DNA of 63,268 bases, filler included, from Trichosphaerium sp. ATCC 40318 (Eukaryota > Protista > Tubulinea): assembly GCA_038496445.1 (NCBI GenBank). It is 3 parts of 3 records of this genome, joined end to end, with 100 filler letters (N's around TTAATTAATTAA, not from the genome) between each part and the next. Parts side by side here need not be neighbours in the genome. Positions count along the whole stretch, not along the records: positions 1 to 15,552 come from JALMLS010000240.1; 2 more parts are not named here. One strand, given 5' to 3'. Below, piece by piece: positions 1 to 12,494 of the stretch. Numbering within the stretch: the stretch's first letter is position 1; every line of letters starts with the position of its first letter. The notes beneath the pieces were generated by a model. That model saw only the letters and a program-made list of their open reading frames with translations, was not told the DNA's origin and made no database searches. A program made the translations under genes and the position numbers.

Positions 1-585
1 TCATTTCTAGCCTTTATAAAGGGTTTTGGGAGTTGAACCCAGTACGGAATATAATATTATTTAGCACCCTATCCAGCATTCCTTGTTTGACTAATTTTCT
101 TCTGCAAAAAAGATTCCAGCAACAAAAAAAAAGGCGATAGTAATTAGATTTCCTTTACCATCTGGTAAGGATAGTGACGTCAATACTGATAATCTGGGTA
201 TTGTCAATTATCAAACAGACTTTTTGGGTACATATATTACTCGATGAAGACTTACACATGCTTCTGCTGTGGTTTAAAAAGAAGTCTGTCTGACGATTTT
301 ATTACATTGTGTTCTTTCTTTTTGTAATCCTGTTTTGTAGCTCTCCTGCCTATGACCTTGTACACTACTCAGAGCTTACTAAAGAAAACGGATACTTGGT
401 TTTTACATTAAAACGGAGGCTTTTCAATACAATTAAAGGTGGTTTCTGGACTGTTTGTATTATAAACAAAGAAAAATTATTACATTGCCCTCATTGCCTC
501 CAAGTAAGTTTCTCAATTTCCTTCAAGTCATCATACTCCTGTGCATTGATCTTTATAAGCACCCATCCTCTTACAGCTGTATAGG

Positions 586-2900
586 CAGATAATACTCTTA
601 AAAAACTACAATGCAATGACTGTGGACATCATGCATTTTTATTGCATTCAAAAACCAAAAAGATTCTACTTAAAACTTTCCATAAGATGCTAACCAGTAC
701 GTTTTTGGTTTTCGTTTTCAGTTCATATAACAATGCCTGTTGCTTTATTAATACTAAATCATCTTGCTTAGCGACTGACGACTGGTTTTGTCCTCTATGC
801 TATAACTCAGAGTTACATGACAAGAAGAACCAGTCTGTGTCAAAAAACGCAAAAAAGTCTTCACGGGCACAAAAGGCAGTGGCAAAAGGAAAGACTCATA
901 TTGGTGCAGGACAATCTAACGCTGGCGTGTACGTTCTAGAATTTAACAAGGAAGAATGTTACTGTTCATAAAACCCTAATTTTTCTGAAGAAAGGAAAAG
1001 TGCCGGGTAGTGCCTCCTCATCATGTTGGTTCCATTCCTGGTGTCTTAGTCGGATCTCACTACAGATATAGAGTTGAAGCATCTCAGGCAGGTGTACATA
1101 GACCCCATATGAAGGGTATTGCAGGACGTAAAACTGTACGATGTGACTCTTTATGTGATCTATTATTCAATTCTATTTTTCTAGTTTTTGCAAACAGTAT
1201 TGCGTCTTCTGCGAGATATGAAGATGATACTGATTCTGGATACGAAATAATTTATACTGGTGAAGGAGGACGCGATTTATCAGGAAATAAGCGCTGTGGT
1301 GCGCATACCAAGGCTCAAAAGGTACACTAAAGACAGCGATGTTTTTTTCTGATTTTTTTCAAGTTTAAAGGCGCGAATACAGCCTTGGCACTAAACTGTG
1401 CAAAAAAGAATGATTGTACAAATGATAATTGTATTTGGGGCGAAAAACCTATTTGTGATGATTGTGCAGGATGTTGGAAAGAGGGAATACCTGTACAGTT
1501 TTTATTTTCTTTTTTTTTTCTACTTACTCACGCTGATTTTCTGTACTTTAGGTTCGTGTTATACGTGGTTTCAAAGGGGCCAAAACAAAACATCCTCATA
1601 AATATGATCCACAAGAACGTAAGTATCATCATCTTTGCGAAAAAAACCTTGTTTTCTTCTTTTTTCTTGCTTCTTTCAAAGCACTGTTTTTTCTGTCCTC
1701 ACGTTTTCTTTAGTACCCTGATGTTGTACCTAAAAATAAACAGAACGTGTACCGTTATGATGGCCTATACAAGGTAGTAGATTTTTGGAAGGAAACAGCC
1801 GTGCCGGACAGATTGTGTTTTCGTATTTGTTAAGGTACACAACCCGTTTTTGCTGGCATAATCCCTTACTTTTGGTAGGCGTGATGATCCTGAACCAGCT
1901 CCTTGGACACCTGAAGGAAAGGCATATATTAGACGGTATTGCTTAGATCGTATTGGATTACCAACTGGGGTAACAGCTAATGAGTACGACCTTGTTTTTT
2001 TTACTGAACTTTTGTTCCTAATATTTTCTTGTACAGAGCAGAGTTGATTCCAATCAGTCAAACTGATGCATACCTTACTTCCCTAAAAAAAGACAAATTA
2101 GTAGAGCAATCACGTAAACGTAGCAGAGACGATGACAATGATAACGATGCTGACGAACGCCCCAGTAAGAAGAGAAAGATTGAAAAAAGCGACGAAAACC
2201 CAGAAATGTCTGATGATGTAACATGTGTTCTTCCTCTAGGAGATTTTCTCTAACCTTTTCTTTAGTCTATTGAGATAATATTAACAGATTTTGAAGACGA
2301 AGACTTTGACAACACAGAATCTGCTGATGGCGAAGAAGTCAATGAATATGAGAACAATAAAGAAATTGGCATGGAATTTGAATATAATGATGATGTCGAA
2401 GATAATGGCATTGATTGCAATCAAATATTTGGTGACATCATCGCTGAAGATGCAAGGGTGATTGCTACGGACATAAGCAATAAAGATACTTGGAACCAAC
2501 TGATACAAACGCACACACTAAACTGGGAAAATCGTTTCGAATTTTTACAAGCAGCTTTTGATGAGTTCTGTTGTGTCATCTGCCAAAAGCTGGTGTTTGA
2601 ACCTGTGAAGTTGGAATGTACGTCTATATATGCTTGTGCTATTATTAAACGATATCTGTTTGTTAATAGCTATTTAGGTGGTCATGGAAAGCGTATGTGC
2701 AGGTTTGTATAAATAACCTTATTAAGAATACACCATCGAAGGAAACACCTTGTTGTCCGATGTGTAGGGAAGACCTACCTGATATTGATAATATAGAAGA
2801 CAATGAAGCTCTTTACAATGTTATTACAAGATTATTTCATACGATAAAGAAGCCAAGAAGAAGGAGGAAAAAAGCAACTAAAAAAACAAAAAAAAATTGA
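586..2900 (+). CDS. UHRF1/ORTHRUS-like protein (degenerate PHD, SRA/YDG domain, C-terminal RING); multi-exon, 5' end uncertain
   Basis: Exon translations: DDWFCPLC (PHD end); IPGVLVG..YRVEASQAGVHRPHMKGIAG, YEDDTDSGYEIIYTGEGGRDLSGNKR, YRYDGLYKV, RRDDPEPAPWT (SRA); CVICQKLVFEPVKLEC...CPMCREDL (RING); short GT-AG introns. Confidence 0.85.
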
Positions 2901-3133
2901 AAAGTGTTTGAGTTCTTTTGGTAAGTCGCACAATCAAGTTTTTTGGTTCTCTGCTGGTAATGATGTTATTTTTATGTTATGTAAATTTTGTACTATGTAG
3001 CTTTGGTGAGCCGTCCTTGTATTAGTAAACCTAGATGTTAAAAAAAAGTCAAACATTGTTGAAAAATACTCATTGGTTTTCAAAAAGAAAGACAAACAGT
3101 CAGAGGGAGATGGCTTTATTCACTCTTGTACCA

Positions 3134-4478
3134 TTAGCAGTCATGCCAAGTTACTGTAGAGACATTTCTATTAGACAAATCCACATAAACGCTTGCATAC
3201 TCAAACTCACGAGTATAAACCCACGTGTTTGAAACACGTTTTGCTGGTCCTTTTGGAGCTCCAAGTTTACACTTCAATTGAGGATAAAAGTCAACTGGGC
3301 ATGTGTGATCTGTTCCAAAAGGTATGAAATCAGAGATATTCCACCATAGAGAGTATCCCCACCAATGATTCTCTTCAGCAATAAGCAAAAAATACGATAC
3401 AGCATTATTGAAATAATCAGCCATCATCTTCTGTAGTCCCTTTGTCGTTTTAGGTATAGTGTTGTTAGGCCAAGTTTGAGGATGTATAATGGGTCCAGGC
3501 CAACTCTTGATCTCAAGAGTACGATCAGCGTTCTTAGGGGAACCGATGATATCAAAGAGGAGATGCTGCATAGCCTCAGGTTTCATTTTACCTGTCTTAT
3601 GATCTAGGAACTGAAGAATGGCCGTGTGATCAACCATTGATGCTGATGCGCCTTCCAAGTGAAGACTTAGAGCGTAGTCTGAATCTAATGCGTTCATTAG
3701 AGCTATTTGGTTATTACCTAGTTTATCTAGCTCTTCTTGTAATTTTCCTATCATTGCTCCTTGTGCTTTGTTGTGAGCATCGCTTTGCTCTGGTGTTAGA
3801 TCAGGAATTGTCTTATTAGACGTAGGTATATCATCAAGGAAAAACCCGTCGATAGCTATCTTTCCATTGGTAAGTGTTTGTTTGGCTAGATCCAACAAGT
3901 GACCAACAAAGAAGTCGACAAAATCTTGGTTTGTGGGGTCGAACAATGGATAATCTAACAAATGATGTGAGTACAATGCGCACGTGCGAATTTTTTACAT
4001 ACTATCTCTGTACAGAATTTTTCCGTCGTCACCGTGAAGAGACCATTCGTTTTGGTTTTGTAACCATGTTTTTGACGCACTAGAACACTCAACGACTTGC
4101 TGTGCTTCATCTGATTTGTAGTAGAAAATTACTCTGACATTCGGATTAACCGCCTAGAAAAAGTCGTTAACGCTAGTTTACAAAGAGAATGTACTACTAC
4201 TGGGTTACCTTTAATTCTGTTGCTGCTTTCAACACAGCTGCTTCCATTGTAGTACCAACAGCGAAAGATCCAAAGCAATTTCCAAACGTGATAATTTTAA
4301 AGTTTGTTGCCATAAACTTTGTTTGTTCCTCTGTTATCATACCACTTGCGTTCTTACCATGCATGTACAACATATCCGATAAAGTATCCCATGTATGTAC
4401 CCAGGGCTTACATTCGCACGTGTGGAGTAATAGTATACTTGCTATTACAGCAAAAAGACAATAGTGTAGCCTTAGCAT
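3134..4478 (-). CDS. Secreted putative glycoside hydrolase (GHL15/GH168-like), 3 exons
   Basis: Signal-peptide-like N-terminus; WDTL..MLYMHG, LK..NPNVRVIFYY, DGFFLDD, C-terminal LGAPKGPA...VYTREFEYASVYVDL; two short introns join the ORFs. Confidence 0.6.
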
Positions 4479-5772
4479 TGTAGTAACCAAAAAAGACTGC
4501 GTTCTGACTAGGTATGTATTTGTCCGATGTAGACTTTTCGATTACATGTGCCGATAAACTTAAAATGCTAAAAACAAGCACAAAGTCCTTTTGTTGCGTG
4601 TTTCATTCATTGTAAAGCACATATCGATTTTCATTTATACTGGTATAATTTTTATTTGGGCTAAGAACTTTTTTATTGAATACATTACGCCCACAGATAA
4701 CTATAAAGCAAATTATAGATAAAAAGAAAAGTTTGGACAAGAGCTATAAAATTATGAGTTTTCTTAGAATGATTGGTCGGCAACATCGCGTAAATACATC
4801 AATGTTGTACAGATATCTTATCTGAGGTTTGGGTTCTTTGGAATAGGCAAATATTAAACTAACGCGTATTACATGATCGCATCAGAGCAAACTGATCTTT
4901 ATTTTACAAATCATGGACTAGAAATGGTCAACTGTGGGAGGAACGCAATCATCCAAGATAAACTAGATGGAGATTTCAAAGAGTGGTCTATAATGGACAA
5001 TTGATTAATCATTGTCAATACATCATTGGGTCACAAATAGGGGTACATAAGCGGTGATACTTAAACGGCCAATTGAAATATCTTAATTGTAACAAAGAAG
5101 ATAAACTAGATGGAGAGTTATTGTATTACCATCAAAATGGGCAATTAAAACAACAGTCGACTATGTTCAATGGTGCCACAATAGCCCACAAAGAGTGGTA
5201 TGAAAACGGGAATTTGAAATGTACAGTTGAACACACTGGCAATTCTATATTCGGCATCTACTATAATAGTGGGCAGTCTAAATCACATAGGCCATTTAAG
5301 GAAGTTAAGACTTACCACGAGAATGGTCAGCTTAAGAAAATATGGAGTGTATATCGTGGAGAGTATTATGGTGAGCTAAAGGAGTGGTCAAGTGTTTTTT
5401 TTTTTTAGAATAAGAGGCAGCGCGCTAGCGCCTACTTTATTACATAGGTTGTGTTACATTGTTACGGTTTACAAGATAGAAAAAATAAAAAACCAAATTT
5501 ATTTTTGCAATAGGATCCTTCTCATCAGTATAGTTTTGTATCACATAAATAAAATGATTAGGACTGAATTGTAATTAATTGAGTTAAAGGGAAAAAGGGG
5601 GGTTTGGGGGCGGAGCCCACCATGAAGGGGGTTGGGGGGAAGTCCCCCCAAGTAAAAGGAGTATCTATTAAATTAGGCTACCACACACTAAGCTGCGGTA
5701 ACTAGGTATAGGGAGCGCAATCGGCTCCAAATTTGCAACGCAAATTAGGAGGGTACGCGACCCTTGGTTGTA

Positions 5773-8700
5773 TTAATTATATATTGAACCTATTCTATGG
5801 ATGGGTTTGGAAACTCTTCGATCATTAGTAGGTGTTAAAAATTGACTTAATACAATTGTACCATCTGGTAGTATATCATCTACTCCGCTACCAATCGCAA
5901 AAGCTGGTGTATTTAACTGTAATCTTCTAAGACTTTTCTGTTCTTTGATAACCTCTGAGTAATCCATTTGAATATGACATTTGCTTCTATTTGTATTCCA
6001 TCTGTTTGTCTCTTCGTTCTTGTAAATCCAATCAACATCCTTTATAGTTCCATTATATTTTGCTATGATCATCCAATATATAAATTTATATCTAATTTGT
6101 TGACCTGCTAACCACTTACCTACCGGGACACCATGTTTTATATCATTTCTAATTATCCACGTGATTGCTAAAATAATGCCTATTTCCAAAAGGTGATGTA
6201 CTGACTTACAATTCTGTAGTGATTCTTTAAGTGATATATCCGGTGAGCAGAATGTCAATAGATCATATATAACCTCCATTATCTTGCTAGGTATCGACCA
6301 GTCATAAAATATTTCTTCGTGCTTCTCAGGAGGAAACGCATCTTTTTTATGTGTAACGGGAAGACATCTCATAATAAATCTCCATAATATATCTCTAATG
6401 TAACTTACACCTTTAAATTTGTTTAGTAGCTTGAGTATCATTGAGTTAAGGATAAAATTTTTCCTAAAATGAGGTTTTAAACGTGGAATGATTTTCTTAC
6501 GTAAAATATTCATAAAAAATTTTACTTTTCTGAATTTGTTTTCTGGTTTTATGTTAAATGATTCAAAAGAAACTCGGCACAAAGAACTTAGCTGTGACCC
6601 ATCTTTCCATGCCTGTGAATATATTGTATCAATCGCCAAGTGCCGCTCCCACAACGATGCTTTAAATGCGTTGCTTATTTGCGCAATCGAACTGAGAGAA
6701 AAACCTCCCAAGGGGAATGGAAGTGACAGTTGCGTCCAAGATACACGACAATAGACCTTCTTCTTGTCAAAGACACGTGATACATCCCAAAGAAACCAGT
6801 TGCACACATTGATAATTTTGGCAGTTGCACTAGGAGGGATTGAAAGAGGCCTGGTGAAGTAGATTAGTTGAGATTGAGCATACGATTTAAAAACATTGAT
6901 TTTTTGTCGAATTGTTTTACACAGCGGCTTCCACTTTACTAGTTGTACTGTTATTTTGTCTATTGCTTTGTTCCAATCAAAATTCAAGCCATCATCACTC
7001 AAAGTAAAGCCGAGATATCTGATACTAGTACCTGTATCGAACACTTTACTTTTATCATTATCCAAGCCTGAGATGTTTGCTTGAAAGCATTTCTTTTCGT
7101 TAATCTGAAGACCAGTTGCTTTTCCATATCTTGTTAACCAATAATTCATTTCATCAATATCATCTATGGAGCTAGCTAATAATAACAGATCGTCAGCAAA
7201 GAACAGGTTTTTAAGCCAATTCTGTAGACTCATCTCGGCACCCTTGATATAAGCTTCATGATTTATGATCCAGTTGAGCGGTTCCACCATTAGTGCGAAG
7301 AAATAAGGGCTTATAGGATTTCCTTGACCTGTACCTCTCTTTGTACAAAAGGTTTCTTTGCTAACGACATTGTTGATTCTTACTTGAACATCTAATTTGA
7401 GAGCTTGAACTAACATTTTAGCAATCTTGTCAGAGAATCCTATTTTTGTTAGGAATAATTTTAGCGCAATATGGCTACAGGAATCGAAAGCTTTTTTGAA
7501 ATCATATGCAATCATCCTCAACCATTTTGAATGCTTCTTGTTGTAGGCTATGGTTTCTAGAGCAGCTATGACATTATCAACAATATCCCTTCCTGGTATG
7601 AAACCGTTCTGGGTTTTGAGGATAATTTTTGACATGAGAGGTGTCAAGCGATTGTAGAAAACCTTCATTAAAATTTTGTAATCAACGTTAGTAAGAGTTA
7701 TAGGACGGTAGTTAGCCATCAATTTGGGATCTCCTTTTTTGAAAATAGGAATAATCGTACCCTTACATAGAAACTGATCTACACAACCTTGTTTGATAAA
7801 TGTATTAAATAGACTTGTAAGTGACGGAACAAAAGTTTCCTTCATAGATTTGTATACGCACGCTGATAAGCCATCTGGGCCTGGAGCTTTATTAGAAGGC
7901 ATGTTGTTTATTACTTCTTCTATTTCTTCTTCTTCAATAGGAACATTTAGTTGTTCTTCCAATTCTACAAAGGACTTAGGTTTCCATAAACTACTTACTT
8001 GGTTAAGGACTTCTTCATCTATTTTAAGGTCGTCGTATAGATTTTTATAAAATCTTACACTTGTTGAAAGTATTTCTTTTATATCTTTTGAAGACGTGTT
8101 GTTCCATGTGCACTTTAGTTCTTCAACTATTCTAGCGGAATTTCTGCCTTTTAATATCCTCGTTAGCTGAGCAGATGGTATTTCATTGTGTTTGTCTTTA
8201 TCGATAGATGCCGCCACACAGGTAAATTCTTTCTTTTCTTTGGTGAGTTTATTGTATTCTAATAGGTCTTTCATAGTAGCTGTGTGTTTATTTGATAGAG
8301 TCGCTGCTAGCACATTGATTCGTGCGTTCTTTTTGAATAATAGATTGCGTTGATTTTTACTAAATCTAGTTATTAGTTCATTCTTATCACATACATAATC
8401 GCTTGGAGAAGGACCAAATGTTAAATCACACGTTTTAGTGGCTTTGTGTACTTCCTTGAAAAGAACTGGATTAATGCGAAAAGGACGAGGGAGTCGAGGA
8501 CCGAATTCAAGAGAAGCAAGTAAAATCGAGTGATCAAGTTCAAAAATTGGCATGTCAAAAACTTTGAATGATTTTAGATTAGGAGATAACGTTTTAGAAA
8601 TTAATAATAGATCTAATCTACCTCCTTTTTCATGTGTAGGCAGTACTTTGTGGAACTTTACCGCTGCATCAATAAATCCTAATTGTAGTAATAATGCGTA

Positions 8701-9114
8701 TGTTTTAAGTGCCTTTTTATTCTCTAGGCGTAGATTAAAATCACCTGTGATAATATCGCAATCAGCCACCGCTTGAAAGACTTTAAGCCAAAAATCATTT
8801 GAGCTGTTAGATTTAGCATATATGGTTGCTATTTTTAATTTAACTCCATTGCATTCTATCTCTGCTACCAGAATTCGACCATCTACAGAATTAAGTAATA
8901 TCGGTTGTTTACCTCTAACTGCAGTTAATGCTACTCCAGTGCCTCTCCCTTCATCTGTATGTACCGTTTTACGCCTATGATCTTGAAAGACATTTGTTTC
9001 TGTAGCACAAAGAATATTGCACTTGAGATTGTATGCCAGTTCTCGTACCTTGTCAAAATTACTGAATCCCCTTATATTAGCTGTAGCGAGTTTGATACAC
9101 TTGTTTTTACTCAT
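5773..9114 (-). CDS. LINE ORF2: APE endonuclease + reverse transcriptase (1113 aa, intact)
   Basis: APE motifs TANIRG, TET, TGDFN, RLD, DHS; RT motifs KAPGPDG, NYRPITL, DFKKAFD, QGNPISP, FADD, YLG. Confidence 0.97.
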   Translation of the reverse strand: MSKNKCIKLATANIRGFSNFDKVRELAYNLKCNILCATETNVFQDHRRKTVHTDEGRGTGVALTAVRGKQPILLNSVDGRILVAEIECNGVKLKIATIYAKSNSSNDFWLKVFQAVADCDIITGDFNLRLENKKALKTYALLLQLGFIDAAVKFHKVLPTHEKGGRLDLLLISKTLSPNLKSFKVFDMPIFELDHSILLASLEFGPRLPRPFRINPVLFKEVHKATKTCDLTFGPSPSDYVCDKNELITRFSKNQRNLLFKKNARINVLAATLSNKHTATMKDLLEYNKLTKEKKEFTCVAASIDKDKHNEIPSAQLTRILKGRNSARIVEELKCTWNNTSSKDIKEILSTSVRFYKNLYDDLKIDEEVLNQVSSLWKPKSFVELEEQLNVPIEEEEIEEVINNMPSNKAPGPDGLSACVYKSMKETFVPSLTSLFNTFIKQGCVDQFLCKGTIIPIFKKGDPKLMANYRPITLTNVDYKILMKVFYNRLTPLMSKIILKTQNGFIPGRDIVDNVIAALETIAYNKKHSKWLRMIAYDFKKAFDSCSHIALKLFLTKIGFSDKIAKMLVQALKLDVQVRINNVVSKETFCTKRGTGQGNPISPYFFALMVEPLNWIINHEAYIKGAEMSLQNWLKNLFFADDLLLLASSIDDIDEMNYWLTRYGKATGLQINEKKCFQANISGLDNDKSKVFDTGTSIRYLGFTLSDDGLNFDWNKAIDKITVQLVKWKPLCKTIRQKINVFKSYAQSQLIYFTRPLSIPPSATAKIINVCNWFLWDVSRVFDKKKVYCRVSWTQLSLPFPLGGFSLSSIAQISNAFKASLWERHLAIDTIYSQAWKDGSQLSSLCRVSFESFNIKPENKFRKVKFFMNILRKKIIPRLKPHFRKNFILNSMILKLLNKFKGVSYIRDILWRFIMRCLPVTHKKDAFPPEKHEEIFYDWSIPSKIMEVIYDLLTFCSPDISLKESLQNCKSVHHLLEIGIILAITWIIRNDIKHGVPVGKWLAGQQIRYKFIYWMIIAKYNGTIKDVDWIYKNEETNRWNTNRSKCHIQMDYSEVIKEQKSLRRLQLNTPAFAIGSGVDDILPDGTIVLSQFLTPTNDRRVSKPIHRIGSIYN

Positions 9115-9117
9115 AAT

Positions 9118-9819
9118 TTACACAGATCCCAGCCAACGCGAAAACGACAACACCGTACCTGCTAAAGAAGAGACAATCCATGAGGAACGCCAATTGGAAA
9201 AAATCTTAACACAAGCAATCACGTAAACTATAAACCTGTTTAACACGCAGAAAATGACATTAGACAAAGAGAAAAATTGTGGTATGAACCGGCAATAGGA
9301 TATAGAAACATTCATGTAAAATGTACACGTGTAATTACAAGCTGTGGAAAATTCTAAAATTTTGGAGATTTCCCTGGATGCGAAATGTGTTATGATAATA
9401 AAACACGAATTCAAATATGTTTTTTGTAAGTTCTTTTTTGGTTTGAAAAGTATATAGGTATTGTTTATAGAGTCAGAAGCAGGTTGCGTGAAAAAATTAA
9501 CCACTGTCCCTATCAAAGTTGCAGACATGATATTTATTCTGTAGTAGCACTCGTACATGTATACTACCCCAGTTTGAGGGTAAAATAAATTTGAATATCC
9601 AACGTCGTCTGGTATTGTATTGTTCTTTGTATTATATCTATGATGTATTATGATGTGTTTACGGCGTTCTAGGATGTGTTGACTATAAATTAATGTGTAG
9701 CTTGTAAAATTTAAAGTAGGCATAACCAGCACTACCGTTATTCTAACTAGCGTAACATAATAGTTAGAACGTAAAATAGTGAGGAGGTGATGCAATCCCC
9801 GCGCAGTTAAGGCGGGCTC
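9118..9819 (-). CDS. Putative LINE ORF1 of unrecognised type
   Basis: Frame open from the first base of the element for about 233 codons; in frame with ORF2, separated by TAA-ATT-ATG. Confidence 0.4.
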   Translation of the reverse strand, partial: EPALTARGLHHLLTILRSNYYVTLVRITVVLVMPTLNFTSYTLIYSQHILERRKHIIIHHRYNTKNNTIPDDVGYSNLFYPQTGVVYMYECYYRINIMSATLIGTVVNFFTQPASDSINNTYILFKPKKNLQKTYLNSCFIIITHFASREISKILEFSTACNYTCTFYMNVSISYCRFIPQFFSLSNVIFCVLNRFIVYVIACVKIFSNWRSSWIVSSLAGTVLSFSRWLGSV

Positions 9820-10129
9820 AAAGGAGTGGTCAAGTGATGGTAAATTAGTTAAAAATGAATATTATGGGCCCTTTTGGTACATATATTGGAGGCAGGCATT
9901 TTGGTTGCACTGCCTGTTGGTTTGTTTGATTTCTTACCTTTTGTGGTGCTATGTGAGTTAATAAACTATGATTTAATTTAAGCCATCGCTTGTACTGCTT
10001 GTGTGTGTTTTTAGCTTTTTGCCTTTTATTGTATTCAAAGAACTTGAACTATATATTGATGCGGAAAAAGGTATTGGGTATTGTAACTTTTGTTTTATAT
10101 CTGGTAGAACCATTAGACAAAGTTGCAGC

Positions 10130-10360
10130 TTGTTTCATCTTTATCACCTTTATACTGTAATATTAATTGAATAAACGCAACAAGTGATTAGACACCTTCA
10201 TCTGTAATGCAATCACAGTAATTTAGATCAATTGGATAAAACCCAGTTAGTAACTTTTACACCTACATCTGTGACTGAAGCGTTGGCAAGGTTGATTGTA
10301 TGTACACCTTTTAATTCTTTGACACCTTCATCCGTGGCTGATGTGGAGTTAAGGTAAATC
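10130..10360 (-). pseudogene. Leucine-rich-repeat gene remnant
   Basis: Translates IYLNSTSATDEGVKELKGVHTINLANASVTDVGVK and DLNYCDCITDEGV, with frameshifts. Confidence 0.6.
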
Positions 10361-11374
10361 TTCACGCTGTCAGGTTAAATTAATCATGCATCAACAAGTA
10401 GTTTTGTACAAGCACACGATTGTTGAGACTGAAAATACACTATATTTGTACAACGTGCCTACATGTTGTGAAAGTAGCTGTAAACGCACTTCGATATTTT
10501 TCTCGCCTCCGCTTTGGGGTCCTTGCTATGTTATAACCAAGGGCGTACAGATTGATATTATGCAAACTACAGCGAGTACTAAGATGTAATAAGCTCACTG
10601 GAGAAACGCGACACCAGTCATTCATAACTTATTCTCAATGGCATGTTTTTTTGTGACACGTGATTTACCAGACGTTTTTTCAGAAACGGAATTGTTACAC
10701 ATGATAAATAAACGCTTGTGACGTGTGAAAGCTTGTATTGGGACTTCAATAACAGATGATAGGATAAAAGGACTAAAGTCTTACATACCTTTACTCTTAG
10801 AAATACTTCTGTTACACACATTGGCAAAATCAAGTGCTGTTGATATTAATGACCCGCAAGATAATCAGTAACAAGCACTGTATCAAATGAACCTGTAGAC
10901 ATGTTCTCGTGTTAAAGAGGTGCATACAGATGAGACTTCATTTGCATGGAAGGGTATCATTCAGTAATGTTAACTTATTTGCCACCATCGCCTTTATAGA
11001 ACAAGCTAATATGTAAATGTCAGGCATGCTTACCAAATCACATAAACGTCGGTTCACTTTAATTAGATAGCATGACAACCACTAGTAAAAACGCAAGATA
11101 GATATGACAGGATAGTAATAGAGTAGTCAGAAAGAACTAAGAAATCCGGATGTGATCAACAGGTTGAGTTGATTTTAAACGAAAGCGGTTTGGTAATACA
11201 ATGCAACTAAAGGCTCCAACATGCGAAATGAAAGTTCTATTTTGAGTACTTTGAGTGCACATGCTCTATTATCCTTTGTACTGCTACTGGTACCCATTAG
11301 GTATACGTTCCATAAAGGAAATGTTTTATTTTTACTTGCAGTACAAGCGATGGCTTAAATTAAATCATAGTTTA

Positions 11375-12494
11375 TTAACTCACATAGCACCACAAAAGGT
11401 AAGAAATCAAACACGCCAACAGGCAGTGCAACCAAAATGCCTGCCTCCAATATACGTACCAAAAGGGCCCATAATATTCATTTTTAAGTAATTTACCATC
11501 ACTTGACCACTCTTTTAGCTCACCATAATACTCTCCACGATATACACTCCATATTTTCTTAAGCTGACCATTCTCGTGGTAATTCTTAACTTCTTCACAG
11601 TCTCTTTTCAAACTACTTAGCTTGTGACTGTTAATCTGTCCAGTATAATAATAGGTCATACGTTCATGTTTAAAATTGCGGTAGTCATCTATTTCCTGTA
11701 CTACCATGTTGTTGTTGGCATAGAGGCAGTTTTTTACAAATACTTGGATGCCATTGAGGATAATCAACTGTTGTTTTAATTGCCCATTATCATGGTAATC
11801 CAATAACTCTCCATCTAGTTTATCTTGGATGTAGTGACCATGTTTCTTAAGTTGACCATTTTTATGCCAAAACTTAAACTCTCCTTCACGTTTACCTTCT
11901 AAATAATGACTATGTTCTTGTAAAATACCAGTGTTCTCATTATAACACTTGTATTCTCCTTCTCGTATACCGTCTACATAGTTACGTTCCTCCCATAGTT
12001 GACCATTTCTAGTCCATTTTGTAAAATCCATGGTACTTACCATTTTTATAATTGGAATGTTCTATCAACACAGTTGACCCTTTGTAGAATTGCCACTCCT
12101 TATACTCTCCTTCTATCTTACCATCTTTGTAATAACACCTCATCATGAGATTGCCATGAAGCCACCTTTTGTTAACTCCATGTAGTTTACCATGTCTCCA
12201 ATTATCTTCAGCCTAAGTTTTTATTACTTTCTTAAAAAGGTAATACAAGAAAACCAAAAAACAACTTCATTCTCTTACCCTGTGTCTTGGCGTATTTTGT
12301 GTCCATGGTAACCTATATGTCGTCCACTTACCATGTTTTCTCAGCTCAGAATCGAATCTTGTCATCATTGCGGCGTGTTTTGATAACAGAGGATACACTT
12401 TATAAATGTTGAAGTCGTTATCAATGATATCAAGCTGTAGCTCCACAGGAAGGTTCAATAAGTGGCAAATAGGCAGTTCCGAAGCATTTGTCAT
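11375..12494 (-). pseudogene. F-box-like + MORN2-repeat gene with C-terminal hydrophobic tail; frameshifted between about 12045 and 12300
   Basis: LLNLPVELQLDII N-terminus; repeats such as WHKNGQLK and REGEYKCY; C-terminal AFWLHCLLACLISYLLWCY. Confidence 0.75.

Larger units (their letters stand above)
5395..9819 (-). mobile_element. Non-LTR retrotransposon (L1/Tx1-like) with poly(A) tail and 17-bp TSD
   Basis: TSD AAAGGAGTGGTCAAGTG at 5378-5394 and 9820-9836; T12 at 5395-5406; the paralog near 11500 shows the empty site. Confidence 0.95.
4905..9961 (+). pseudogene. MORN2 (YwqK-like) repeat gene, frameshifted and split by a LINE insertion (5' part to 5394, 3' part 9820-9961)
   Basis: Repeats such as YHQNGQLK and WYENGNLK; 3' part closely matches the uninterrupted paralog at 11375-11595. 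Confidence 0.8.

Noticed and set aside
9760-9819. HDV-like ribozyme at the LINE 5' end (CACCTCCTC motif)
   Set aside because: Could not form the P1 and P3 pairings
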